From: Haliotis rubra
Lineage: Eukaryota
DNA: 64,000 bases
Assembly: GCF_003918875.1 (NCBI RefSeq)
Contig: NW_025767120.1
Coordinates: 868,001-932,000, forward strand
Direction: 5' to 3'
Positions 1-13,900 of this stretch are shown here, in pieces; the first letter of the stretch is position 1; each line of letters opens with the position of its first letter. Below the pieces are notes generated by a model. It did not search any database. It worked only from the letters and a program-made list of their open reading frames with translations, and was not told the DNA's origin. Position numbers and translations under genes: made by a program.

Positions 1-642
1 TTTCTGAACGTTTCAAGAAGACTTTCCATTCTTTACGAGTCGACTATACTTCTTCCTTCTCCAAGCGTCCCTGCTGAATGGTACAATACATGTAAGGGAG
101 GCCACTCCTGAGCAGCGTCAGGCTTGACTGGGCTCGGAATGTGAAACAAGTCTCTGAGTGTATTTCACAAAATGTATTTTCTCATTCCGCCGTAAGAAGA
201 CGCAACAGCAACTGCAATCATATTACTTTATTCAGCTTAACATTAATTATAAACATAGATTCTAGACCCAATTTCTCTCTCATGCTTGGAACATCAGTAG
301 CAGAACTGTGTTCATATTACTTTATTCAACATGAAATTGATTATAAACAAATTAAGTGATTCTAGGCCTAGTTTTTCTCTCTCATGCCAGGGACATCAGT
401 TGTGGCACGTGCCCATCGGGCGCACGCACGCACGTACGCACGCAGACGCACACACATTACGCACATATACACTCACACTTACTTATTTAACGTTTTACGT
501 TTGTAGTTATAGGCAACAACAATGGACAGACAAAACGACAACTGTAGTCAGACAGAGAAACAATAGTATTGCTTTGGACTGATTGATGTGATGGCAGACA
601 CGGCCGAGAGGATATCCAGTTAAGGTTATTTATGTAATAGTA

Positions 643-1690
643 TAGATGGTAACCTCCCCAAACCCCTACAGCCCATAACCCCTACAGCTTATAACAACAA
701 AGTCCTGCCTGTTGTTTATTTCATGCAATCGACTAGGCCAAACACTTTGAAAGAGTTTGAGATAATGGTTTTAATGGATGATAACAAAAATATTTTAACA
801 AAAGTTCAATAATATTGAACTTGAGGTTTAATTAACTTCTCTTGATATCATTATGTCATAATATGTTTTATTTTTCTACATATTATGTGTCAACCTCAAG
901 CAAATTGGTTTTGCTATGTTCCAGCCTCACGATCCCCATTTTGTTTGACATTTTATCTTGATATCCCCCCAAAACGAAAACATCTGCAATAAATGCATCA
1001 CAAACTTTAGGAAACAAAATATGCAAGAAACATTTTGTGTTTGAGACAGGCAGAAGTCGTCTAGAATGAAACTTAGATATTAAAGTGCATACAAAAGTAA
1101 TGGTCACACAAGTGTCAGCTCTCAATATATTGTAAACAGTGCCAGCATGAATATCTGGACACAATGTTTTTGAAAGATTAAAATGGGGGTGTCCTTGAAA
1201 AACAGCCCCCGTCTTAATGTAAATCAAGCAATCCAAATCTTTGAATGTTGATTATGACGGGTAGTCATCCAAAATTATACTGAACATATTTTCTATGATA
1301 TTATCTGAGGGCACACCATTATCCAAGACGTACCAAATGATTGTTTTTCATTTTCCTCAATTTCTTTCCTCAAATATTATACCTTAATGGGTTGTAACCG
1401 CATCCACATATGTGAAATATTGGATATGGCTTTGCTAATAATTTCTCCAAAATAAAATGGAAGCATTTCAAACGTTGGACATCGAGAATATACTTAGGCT
1501 AGCTACCTTTTGAACGTCCCTGGTATATACCACCCAAAATCATCTCAAATTATTTATCTGTATCCTGTAATCTCTCCTTTGGGTCAGTTCATTCTAACAG
1601 ACAGGTAAATGCCGGGTGTTGTTTTAATTCATTGTAGGGTTACTGGGTGTAGGGTTTATGGGTTGTAGTGGTTTTGGGAGACAACCATAT
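643..1690. mobile_element. Degenerate TIR element
   Basis: Left end atggtaacctccccaaacccctacagcccataacccctaca matches the reverse complement of 1635-1688. Confidence 0.55.
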
Positions 1691-2303
1691 AGACAGTTGT
1701 GGCACACTGTGAAGTAGTCTAAATGACCCTCAAGAAGGAAAGTCAATACTTTTCAAGGGTGAAGTAGTCGAAAGGGTATAATCTTGAAAAATAATGCCTT
1801 GTCTGTGACAGAGGAATACAAGAGTGAGTGAGTGAGTTTAGTTTTACGCCGCACTCAGCAGTATTCCAGCCTTGTGGCGGCGGTCTGTAAATAATCGAGT
1901 CTGGACCAGACAATCCGGTGATCAATAGCATGAGCGTCGATCTGCGAAATTGGGAACCAATGACATGTGTCAACCAAGCCAGCGAGCCTGACCACCCGAT
2001 CCCGTTAATCACCTCTTACGACAAGCATGGGTTACTGAAGGTTCATTCTAACCCGGAACTTCACCGGTTAGATAAACAAGATATATATGAGAAAATAGTT
2101 TACCGTGTGAAAAGGCGAAGGAGCTAAAGCTGATGTGAGACATTATCCATTATGGTCAGTCAAAAATCCGGGTGAACTATATCTATATGCCAGGTATCTT
2201 TGGACTCCCATCATAAAACTAAAAGCTTTTAGTATTATACCTGACTAAAGAAACAGGGCATGAAATTAATGTGGTGCAAATGTCCACACCGTGTTGTCTC
2301 CCT

Positions 2304-5300
2304 TTACTTGGTTGCCTCCTTTGTTCCACCATGAGTGATGCACTGGTCCCAGTCAGGCCAGAATGTTTCCTTCATACGGTTACAGTAGGCGGCCAGGTTT
2401 GGGTATTTGTCTAGGACAGGGAACAATACGAGATAATAAATGTTAAATATATGACTGACTGTTTAAATATCATATAAATAAACAGAAAGAACAGTATGAG
2501 TATCTTTGTAATTTGTCACTGTTTCTAAAGACAAAATGATGCATCAGGATTACATCTTAACATGTACCAAGTTTCCACTTCACAAATCGGGTTCAGAGGA
2601 CGAAATCAAACTGAAGTGTACAAAAGCAATACCTGCAATCTATTACGTAACAGCACACATGTACCAAACTGCCCTTAACCATCAAAAAACGAATGTAGGT
2701 TTTATTTGTTGACCTCGATGCAATGCGAAAATGAATAAATATAAAAATTATGTATTTAATGTGGTACCTCTGATGAGATTTTCATGCCCTGTTCCAAGAA
2801 AATGCCAGTACAGCTGAGACAGTTGTCCGAACACCGCGCAGTCAGATTCACAAGGTTCATCTCCCATCAGGAACTTCCTCTCCCCCTGAGACGAGAGGAA
2901 AATAGAAGGAATATAAAGGAACATGCAGTACACAGACACTTGGCACCGATGTATATCATTGCTGTGTCATGAATTGTATGCTTGTGGTTCACTTTGAGCG
3001 AACTGATGCATGACATTGTAAAATCCATTGTGTTCTAAGTTAGCTTTTAGGTTTTGGCTGGCTTGTAGCTTAACGCCGCACTCAGCAATATTCCGACAAA
3101 ACATGGGTTGCTGCAAACCAATTGTAACCCTGATCGTCACGGGTCAGCTAGTAGGCAGTAACTATCACTGACTAGTATATAAACAGTGCTGCAAACATGT
3201 GACCCTATTCGCCTGCATAAACATCTTTGTCCTGTATCTCAAGCTATATGGTCGTCAATTGTACGTGCATCCTTTAGTATTTTCAGTGGGCTTCTTTGTG
3301 GGTGAGACGTTATTGAGGCGGAGTGACTTTGATTTGAACTCCTTGAGAATGACTCAGCCGTTGTATCTTGTGTATGTCAAGACAATTATCAAGCACGCTT
3401 TCCATGAATAGTTGCTACCCAGGTATCATTGCGATATCATAAATATACATGTTGATGTCTGAAGTTGTAAATATAGTCACGGATTCTTCTGTACCCATAA
3501 TGTCTCTTTTGATAAAATAATTGATCTGGTATGTAAAACTTCAGGTACATACAAGATAGTGTCACAGAAAACAAATATGTCGGCTTGATCACAGGGGCGT
3601 GTCAAGCTTAGAAACAGCGTCAGAAAGACACATAGGTATATAGACCCTACCCTAGTACTATATAAAAGGAAAGGGATGTAACGACGGAACCACCCCCTCC
3701 TCAATCAATGAGTTGTAGATGTTGCAATAAGTTTTTAGACCCGTCGAATGGCGCTGCCGATCGAATCTAGCCCTACATAGGTGCTGTCAACGTGGCTGGA
3801 ATTAATAAACGAATTTAAAAGGTGAGTTTTCGCTGTCTTGGGTGATCCATGATTTTGGCTTGGAATTGCGGAGGTAGCTGTTTTCGGTGAGTCGTGGCGT
3901 ATAACTTTTGAAATAATGATCCGATTGTGACTATTTATAGCTCATTTTGTAGGGAAATCATCTCGCCTTTGATCCGTAGGCCTCGACGGGGCCTTAAAAT
4001 AGTTTACGTGGTGAAATCTAACTTAGATTGAGGAGGGGGTGGTTCCGTCGTTACATCCCTTTCCTTTTATATAGTACTAGGGTAGGGTCTATATACCTAT
4101 ATGTCTTTCTAACGCTGTTTCTAAGCGTGACACGCCCCTGTGGGCTTGATTTACCCATGAAGTCAGAAAGAGCCTGGAGCTCCTTCTTAAACATCTGTGT
4201 CACTTCCTCTTCTGTGTGGCGACCCAAACCTTGATACCATGTTGCTTTTGCAACCATATACTTGATAATTGGTACAACAATCCATCCTATCTTCGACGTT
4301 TGCTTAATAAAGGTTTTGTCGTTATCATATTGGTAGCGGAATAGGGCGAGGAACCTGAAACACAAATCTAAATGTTCATTATCATTAATATTAATTCGTG
4401 TTTAACCAGTGGATATATACGTTCTTTTACATGGCCTGGTTAAAGAGTGACGATATCACACAAACCAACTACATGTATTAAAGGGAAGTTCCAGTCAAGG
4501 TCCAGACTGTAATTAGCGTGAAGCAAGGGACATCGTCAGTCATCAACAGCTTAAGTGACATATACTGAAGGAAATAAATAAGGCAACACCACTTCATTGC
4601 AGTGTTCCTCAGATTTCCTCCCACAGCGCCATTCATCACAAGCTGGTGATGAAAACTGGAATATATGGAAGGAACGCTTGAACTGTCCTGTGTTCCTTTA
4701 TTTGTTTCCCTCAGTATATTTGAAATGATTTGGAAAAGTATGTTATAAGTGATAATAAATGAGACTCTCCCAATATTTACACAAAATATATTCAAAATAC
4801 CTTCAGTCAACGATGTTAATCAGCAGGGGGGACTTTTATATGATATTTTAACTTCATCGAGAACGCAACAGTTCACACAGAAATGGTTATTGCTATTTGA
4901 CACCCCAAATCGATCGGGCACATGTACGTGTATTTTCCAAATTCATAGTAGAATGTATCTTAATGGTTTCATTGTACCGATCCTAACAAACATTTTCTAG
5001 GCTCACCAGTACAGATGTTCTTCCGTCATGACCTGCATTGCCATAGCTGCACCCTTGTCCCGGGGACTCAGGTGCTGGTGGAGGTCCACTTCCAGCTTTT
5101 CGTTCAGGAAGTCAATACATAATGTCGAATCCGCCACAGCCTTCCCATTATACTCAATCCAGGGGACCTTGCCCTTAGATGACACTTTCAGCCCGTGGAC
5201 GTTCTGAGTGGAAGATCACAGAGCAAATCACAGACATCTTAAATAAACAAACAAACAAACGTGAAGATGGCAAAATACTAATGCTGAGAGACAGAGATTG

Positions 5301-8300
5301 ATACTTTTCATTCTGTATCATTCCCCAGTTCCATTAGCAATACCAGCAGGGTAACATTGACATGGAGGGTTCATCTCGCTACTGAACACAAATTATAGAG
5401 CATTTCAGACATGCTTTCGGACCCTGTTGGTGCCTGACACAGCAGCCAAATATCTGTACGATCTGATTTTGTTTGCTTGTTGTTGCAGCACTCAGCAATA
5501 TTCCAGCTGTCTGTAAATAATCGAGTCTGGACCATGATCATCGATCTCTGACATGTGTCAACCATGTCAGCAACCTGATCCCATTGGTCAGCTCTGCATG
5601 GGTTGCTGAAGAACAATAATATTATTCTAATCCGGATCTTCACGTTTCTGTACGATCTGCGATGATCTGACCACCAACGTGCCACAACCACGTTCAAATG
5701 ACCAAACTTTCCAGGGGCGGTAGGGTAGCCTTATGTTAAGGCGTTCGCTCGTCACGCCGAAGACCCGGGTTCGATTCCCCGCATTGGTACAATGTGAGAA
5801 GCCCATTTCTGGTGTACCGCGCCGTGATATTGCTAGAATTTTGATAAAGCCGGCGTAACCCCATTCTCACTCAGTAACTCATTGAAACTCTGGCATTGTA
5901 GTCAGAGTAGTCGGAGTCGAGTTATGCGTATCGGGTGGTAACACTGTCTACCTGGCTGACTGTGTATAATGGTCTGTTGCTTCGATGGTTTGTTCTGTTA
6001 TTGCCAGTGGTTTACTTCACTCACTCATTCAACACATCATTCACCCACCTGGTAGGGTATCCTGGCCATCCGGAGGTAGGTTTCCAGCTTCACAGCAAAC
6101 GGCGTCAAGCTGGGGGCGTAAGGACCTCTACCGATCTGATGAAGGACCACCGTATCTCGGGGATACTCCTTCGCCTTCTGCCTGTGGAATATTGACATAG
6201 TGTCCTCAATATAACAACCAAATTGTCTATCCAATAGAAATGTATTGAACTTATTAGCTTCGGTTATGAAGCACCCTGCTGTTTTACAAAAGAGCATAAG
6301 TTCGATGTACAAATATAATTTGTTGCATGTCGATAATAAAGTGATGTCTGTTGTTAGGTAGTTATAGGTGGTACACAACCAAGTGAAAATGGGTTGTAAT
6401 TGGTGCGTATATATTTCAACGAGTTGGTTCGTCTTAATGCCGTTAAGAAGGGCGGTGGGGTAGTTGAAGTGTTCGCTCGTCAGGCCGAAGACCAGGGGTC
6501 GCTTCGACACATAGGTACAATGTCTGAAGACCATTTCTGGTGTCACCCGACGTAAAATTGCTGGAATATTGCTAAAAGGGATGAAAAACCATATTCACTC
6601 ACTCATTTAATGCCGTTTTGAACCTTACTTTTCAGTTATATCACGGCTTGAAACCTATATTGAAACTGGTAGTTAGTTTTCAGAATCATTCGGAATTAAA
6701 AATGTCCAGTGGACTTTGAAAATAATCAGAACCATTTTGCGCCTGCCTAACTTACACGACATACGCACAACTGTGAAAGAGCACAAATGGGCCATTGTCA
6801 ATATATCAATATGAATGACTAAAGTCAAGAATATTTCACTTGAAAATGCCATGTTACGTACTGCAATCACGTGGTTCAGCACCTATACAGTCGGATTGAA
6901 CATTTAGTGAGTGAGTGAGTGAATTTAGTTTGACGCCGCACTCAGCTGTATTCCAGCTATATGGCGGTGGTCTGTAAATAATCGAGTTTGGACCAGACAA
7001 TCCAGTGACCAACAGCATGAGCATCGCAAATGGAAACCGATGACATGTGTCAACCAAGCCAGCGAGCCTAACCACCCGATCCCGTTGGTCGCCTCTTACG
7101 ACAAGCACGGGTTACTGAAAGCCAGGGCCCCGTTCCCCAAAGCGATCGTAACGCTACGACAGTCGTAAGTCTATGTTAAAGCATGGGGGTCGCGATCTAA
7201 GCGCTACGATCGCTTTGTGGAACGGGGCCCAGATTATTTACAGAACGCCGCCATATAGCTGGAATATTGCTGAGTGCGGCGTAACACTATACACACTCAC
7301 TCACTAATGAAGGCCAATTCTAACCCGGACCTTCACACGTCGAACATGTAGTTCTAAAGGATAATTACCATTTAACTTTGACATCTGTTTGTCTCGAACC
7401 CTTAATTTTATAAGTTATAAGATGTAATCCCCATTGTTAATCCTTATCACTGATGTTTTGTACATTTATAGACAGTCATGCTGTCCTGTGCTGTGGTATC
7501 ATTAATCTGTGTCTTAAACTGGTTAAATGCATGTACATGTAGATATAGTTTATTCTTACAACCAAAAGATATGTAAACATAACCATTTCGTGCATCAAAT
7601 GTGTAATTAACATACATAAGTTGTACATAATAATTATTTAGACATGTACCTCGGTGCCGCGATCGGAGTGTGTATAAATTTCAATTCACTCACAAAGAGT
7701 GAGGACTCACCCCTAGCCTAGGTGAGGTAATTCACATTATTCACAGCTCTTACGAAATACATGTTATTACCATATGAGGCTTATATGAGGACATCGTAAA
7801 CAAACATACAAATGTGAAGTGGCAAAGTAGTAGTATTAATCCTGAGAGACAGAGACTGAAAACTTTTCTTCCTTAATCATTTCCAATTAGCCTACGGAAG
7901 GTAAGGCTTAGTGCTCTAGGGAACCACGGCCACCACAACTATCAGTGTGTGCTGACCTGGTTTATTTACATATTTACAGAAAACTATCGACTCAATGTTA
8001 TCAGATCACACCGAGAGTGAGTGAGTTGGGTTTTACGCAGCTTTTAGCAATATTGCAGCAATATCACGGTGGGGGACACCAGAAATGGGCTTCACACATT
8101 GTACTCATCCAGGGAATCGAACCCGGATCTTCCGCATGACGATCGAACGCTTTAATCACTATCTACCCCACCGCCCCTCACACCGAGAACAGTACACCGT
8201 CATCATGTACATAGGAATCTGCACGTATTGATATTCAAGGTCAATGTAAGCGTGTTTAGCACACCCGCAAACCGCCTGTTGTTATAGTAACCAGAACACC

Positions 8301-8820
8301 TGGTAACCCAGTGCGATAACCCAGAACCTTTAAATGGAACTAACATATTTGAATAATGACTGTTACAATCTGAAAATATGTCTCTTTATGTTCACGACCT
8401 GGATTTCGGTTTGGGTGCTTGTTCTAACTTTTGACCTTTGACCTTTCGTTCTCAGTCACTGAAGGTTATTTATATCGATCGAGGTCAGGGCTGTACCAAA
8501 AGATTTTATCATTTTAAATAACACAGTGCTTTTGTTTACTGTTACATATAGGTACGACTTCATACATACATGACTAAGACATGCAGCCCTTTCCGTTCCA
8601 TACAAAAACTGTACTGTGATATACCCGGCGAGTTTTCTCTGGGTATCAAAACAATCGTTCACCGGTGGTTTCCGCACCTGACTTGATAACTAGATGTTAC
8701 TACATACTTTAACAAGAGCTTCCTGATGACGACGACCGATGCAACAGCTACTACAACACCTCCGACTGCATATATAATTTTCTGTGACCCGTCTACGAAA
8801 GTGTCCAAAAGTCCCTCCAT
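2304..8820 (-). CDS. FAXC: FAXC-like (failed axon connections / metaxin-like GST-fold) gene, type A; 6 exons, one apparent +1 frameshift at the start of exon 5
   Basis: Exons 8708-8820 (MEGLLDTF..VGGVVVAVASVVVIRKLLLK, TM anchor), 6049-6181 (YPRDTVVLHQIGRGPYAPSLTPFAVKLETYLRMARIPYQ), 5007-5203 (SSKGKVPWIEYNGKAVADS), 4155-4354 (QGLGRHTEEE..LQALSDFM), 2768-2885 (KFLMGDEPCESDCAVFGQL), 2304-2410 (KYPNLAAYCNRMKETFWPDWD, TAA). GT-AG boundaries. Exon 5 is 118 nt versus 117 nt in the paralogs. Confidence 0.88.
3590..4142. mobile_element. Non-autonomous TIR element (P-like termini, 8-bp TSD)
   Basis: About 125-bp near-perfect TIRs starting CACAGGGG. TSD ggcttgat at 3582-3589 and 4143-4150. Confidence 0.88.
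7126..7229. mobile_element. 104-bp Harbinger-like MITE nested in a SINE
   Basis: TIR ggccccgttcc.caaagcgatcgta, 3-bp TSD cag. Doubled in tandem at 15639-15849. Confidence 0.75.
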
Positions 8821-8918
8821 GGTTCGTGAATCGTCGACAAGTATGTACTTGAACTGGATACCGACCGTATGTGGGTCAACACACTGACCTGAATAACTCC
8901 AAACATTCACTCTCTTGT

Positions 8919-9986
8919 CATCCGTGACCAACTCGTGTTATTCCGGGACAAGCCGAATAGCGACTCGTGCCCCTCTGGAAGGATTTTATATTGGCGCACG
9001 AACATCAGAACTACTTTAAACAAGAACGTCAAATCTATCCCTGTTTGACTGCAATGTTTCTAAAAATCACCGAAGCACATGTACATTGTATTGCTAGGTT
9101 GTTGTTTTGGGGGTGTTTTTTTTACTTATTTATTTTAAAGAATTAAACCTCTTTGATACAACTAAAAGAAGGAGAAAAACATATTTGTTAAAGACATATT
9201 CTAATGTAATTATTACCAGCTGTTCACCTTATATTTCCAATTATGTTAATTAATAGGGTTCTTAAAAGGGTTTAATCATCACAAATGGGAATTGTTTTAT
9301 TGAATATACAAATAAATAAAAAAATTCAGCTACATTAAATCCCAAAGCAGATACTCAAAAATGACTTTAAAATATTTCTCAAACTGAACATTCGTGCAAC
9401 CTGGCTGTCACACCCTTGGTGGAATTTTAAATGAATTCGCTGAAAAAAATGTGAATGACCAAAAAACAGTCAGACTAAAATATCCCCAGAGCTATGAAAT
9501 ATAAGCCCAATGTTAAAGATTAAGGTTGATTAGTTACATACAAATACGATATTATTGTTTTGAAACATAATTACATTTTCCTAAAATTGGTCGAAGCGCA
9601 CGTACAATCTCCATAACAAGCCCACAAGATCGTCAGAAATACACTTAGCTGGACCCATGAGAGCAGTTTTGTCAACAAACGCACGTGCGTGTATTTGAAT
9701 CTCTCACCGTCAATCGCATGATTCTTATTAAAAACTTCATGATAGGCAACAAAATTCTTTTAGCTACGTTCTTTGTACTTTCAATATGACGATATACATT
9801 TTTCATGATTTTTTACACAATGACATAATGCCATAAACGATTTAAGTACTCGGGATTATTTTTATCAAAGCACCGCGCTCATTTACGCGCGTTCTGATTG
9901 GTTTGTCGTATTTTCGCACATAACAAGTATCGAGTGGGGTACGAGTCTTCTTGGAGGTTACGGAAAGGAGCGAGTGGTGACGAATG
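8919..9986. mobile_element. TIR element (CATYCGT termini, ~10-bp TSD) ~100 bp upstream of the gene A ATG
   Basis: TSD actctcttgt / actctctggt. Empty site at ~19746-19755 in the duplicated unit. Confidence 0.8.
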
Positions 9987-10942
9987 ACTCTCTGGTAAGC
10001 CACTGTCAACGTACGTCGCTTCAAGAAGGTGCATTTATGTTCATCAAAGTATTTCTTTTACACAGTGAACAGTGTTCAAGTTTTATCAAGTTTCAAGAAA
10101 AGGAATAACGGATACATTGGAAACATGAATTTGTTTATATCTTCAAATCGTGTTCTAATGGTAGTATACAAATTTCAAATAACAGTTACTATTTTCAATT
10201 ATATACATCATCATATCCGTACAGTCAGTGAGTGAGTGAGTTTTGTTTTACGCCGCATTTAGCAATATTCCAGCAATATCACAGCGGGGGACACCAGAAA
10301 TGGGCTTCACACACTGCACCCATGTGGGGAATCGAGCCCGGGTCTTCGGCGTGACGAGCGAACGCTTTAATCACTAAGCTACCCCACCACCCCGTGCAGT
10401 CAGCAGAACTGATGCATTCACCTGGGGTGGGGGGTGGGGGGGGGGTGTAAACAGTTTATGCTCGAGCGGAAATATCACACTCAAGCACATATGGCAAACA
10501 AATAAAATGTAGCACGACAGTTATAAAAACTGAAGATGTAATGATCCTGTAACGATGTACATTTGACCACACCTGACCTATGCTGACTCTTAGTCTTTGA
10601 ATATTAACTTCCTTTGAAATTGTATAGGAGCCCCAGTAAGAAGGGAGATTCAGAACGTGAGGAAATCTAGACTTGCTTCACACAGTGCTTTCCACTGCAG
10701 AAAAGGCGAAGCGGAAAAGAAAATAATGCGAATCAGAAACTGTGAGACAGACTATGTTTGACCCTACACAAAGAGCACGCGTATTGTGTTCACATAGAGG
10801 GGCGAGCCTGTATTCCAACCCACACTTCAGTGGACATTTTGCACGACGCTCTGCAGAGCGACGTCGACAACTGGGTCACCCGTTTGTTTAGGGAAATATC
10901 GAGTGAGTATCTCTTGACTAGTTATTCACACGAGCTACTTAC

Positions 10943-13900
10943 TTGAAACATAGTTTTCTCAGGCCGACGACCGATACGATTGATACGACAATACCTCCGA
11001 CAGCATACAGTACTTTCTGTGATGTGTCCAGGTCGGTGAAACTATCCACGATACTCTCCATCGTTTTCTGGGTATGTCAGTGAACCCACCTGTGTTAAAC
11101 TGGCCGACCTAAATAACATCCACCATTATTATCGGTATTTCAAGATCATGTTGAAAAGGGGCATAAGTGGTAAGGGCCTTGGACTGTCAGTTGGATCGGG
11201 TAGATAGACAGTCGTTTTCGCCCTTATTTTCGTTGTGTAGGGTCAAACATAGTCTGTCTCACAGTCCTTCTTTGTCTTTTTCTCTATAAAAAATATTGTA
11301 ATAGATCAAGGAACAGCTGATTATTCTCACTTGTCGCTGACATAAACTTAAAGGTGCTCGACTGTATATTTTTTTCTATTCAGAAGACTCTCGTGTATGA
11401 TTAACAATATGAGACTGCATTCCGGCTGCTTGTACTAGCCCAGATTTAAGCTGGTTTTATAGTGCTAGCTCAATGAGATACCATGCCGCAGTTAAGCATG
11501 AATACACCACTCAGACACATTATAAAGACTCCGAGCCGACCAGTCATTGTTGTACCCATTAATGCCGAGCGCCAGGCAGGGACCAACAAGTACCATATTT
11601 TAACGCATGTTGGTATGACGTGGCCGAAGATCGAACCCGCAAGCTCCCGCCCTCCAGGCGGATGCTCTAACCACTACACCACGGAAGCGGCCCATTGTAC
11701 TATTTTAAAACAGTCACGAGTAGCATATCGGTTTAAAATCATGGAACACTAAATTACACAGTGTATGTCGTACAATGACTGGGTTACAATACTTTAAGTT
11801 TATGTCAGCGACAAGTGAGAATAATCAGCTGTTCCTTGATCTATTACAATATTTTATAGAGAGAAAAAGACAAAGAAGGCCTCGTCACGCTGAAGACCCG
11901 GGTTCCATTCCCCTCATGGGTGAATCCCACACTCACACTCACCCACTCTGAATCTGGTCCAAGAAAGCAAGTTGGTGACTGCATGAGCAGCGATTCATAC
12001 CCCTAGCTGTTGCACAAAACACATATTCAGTTGGATCAAGCACTAATACCCTAATCCTTTATGAATCACTCTAATCCTAAGCCATGTAAGTGTCAGTTTT
12101 CTACATGAAAATATGATCGTCCACACAGAACGTCCATGGGTTTCAACCTTCATCAAAAGGCAAATTCACTTGGATTGAGTATAATGGACAGGCAGTGGCG
12201 GACTCTACACTGTGCATCGAGTTCCTCAACAAGAAGCTGGGAGTGGACCTCAACAGGAACCTGAGTCCTGCTGACAGAGGAGTAGCTCAGGCGATGCAGA
12301 CCATGGTGGAGGATCATCTATACTGGTGAGAAACTGTCAGTTGGTGCCATTTAATCTCTCTGTCTGTCCATAGTAGCCATTACAGGAAACATTGATTGCT
12401 TGAATAATCCTTGTATATGATAGCGGTGTGTACATGTCGGAACTAGACAATGCAGTGATTAACATCATGCTCATTCTATCCTGTGCTTCGATCCCTTAGG
12501 CGGGTAACCTAGTGGTGAAAGCGTTTGTTCGAAGACCTGGGTGCGATTCCTTACATGGGTACAATGTGTGAAGCCCATTTTGGTGTCTCCCGTGATATTG
12601 CTAACGCCGCTAAAACAAATTCACTCACTCACTCACGTAACGGCGTCAAACGAAAATACGTTAATACACGATGTACGATGTTTTGTAACTTTCGACAGGT
12701 GTTATGTTTTAGGGGGACACATTACGTCTTTAAGATAAACTTCTGGCAATTTCCATCATAGTTTGCTTTGGCATGAATGAATAGTGATTGAGTAGTACTG
12801 TGGTACTGTGGTTTCAGGTTCCTTGTCCTCTTCCGATGGCAATATGACAACGACAAATCTTTGATGCTGAATGCTTTTAAAATAGGCAAGTTTACGTTTT
12901 GGATGTTTCAACGACAAGTAAAAAAGCAAATATGGAGTCAAGGCTTGGGCCGACACACAGAAGAGGAGGGAACAGAAATGTTTAAGAAGGATCTACAATC
13001 CCTGTCGGACTTCATAGGTATGCAGAAGTTTTAAGCTGTTGTGAACTGAATTATATACAGAGACGAGGGTAGGTTCCGATGGACCAAAATATAAACTTGA
13101 CACTTGTTATATCAAAACCGACAATGGCAATACAGACGATGGGATCTCGATTGCATCATAACTGAAGTGGGAAAATATTGCATGACGTTCCATGACCTCC
13201 TCCACATGTGTTGAATAGGATGAAACTGCATCCTGAAATTTGGCACTTATATTTCAGGAGCGATGATACTTTCATGTGATTTGTTTTGTTTCAATATAAT
13301 TATTCATCTGTCCACACATGCTGGTTGTTCCAGGGACCAAGAAGTTCCTGATGGGGGACCAGCCCTGTGAGACGGACTGTGCGGTGTTCGGTATGCTGTC
13401 AGAGTTCTACTGGCAGTTCATGGGCACTGGACACAAGGACATCCTCAAGGGCAAGTGACTTTTAAGTTATCATTTCCACTTCACGGTTTTGAACTCCAAA
13501 ACCACACCCTCCTCTCTATCAAACCATGGCTGATGTATAGTTTCTCTATAATTACCAATAGTTGCGTCAGTTTTCTTTACATAGTCGTTCAGAATGACCA
13601 GAGAATTCCTGGCACAGAACCAGTTACAAGAACGATTTGTAATATCATTGGTTTGATTGGAGTTAACTGAAGAAATGAGTCGGAAGTCAAATGAGCCTTC
13701 ATCCATGCATGAACTAAGTGCGAACCCTACAATTGTTCTCACACTATGACGACCAGAAGAGCGACCAAGGCATCGTACATGCAACACGTGAAATTGTGCC
13801 ATCTTTGAGATGCAATCTGAGCTATTATTGGTCTAAGAAGTCTTTCTTGAAGCTGGCTGTGTACAAACTTAGCACAAATCGAAGTCTCCAATGGACAGGT

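Noticed and set aside
1-60. GAAACGTT on the minus strand, possible hammerhead/Penelope relic
   Set aside because: No intact CUGANGA/UUGANAA box, and it is truncated by the window edge.
883-1236. 117-aa minus-strand ORF inside a TIR element
   Set aside because: No recognisable motif. It may be a decayed TE fragment but cannot be assigned.
1743-2127. Recurrent ORFs such as LLITGLSGPDSIIYRPPPYSWN and MNTPLRHIILTPSRP
   Set aside because: These are translations of SINE consensus sequence, not protein-coding genes.
8821-8931. In-frame N-terminal extension of gene A (ORF 8659-8931)
   Set aside because: It starts at a non-ATG codon inside a TE terminus and is not shared by type-B paralogs. ATG 8820 aligns with their starts.
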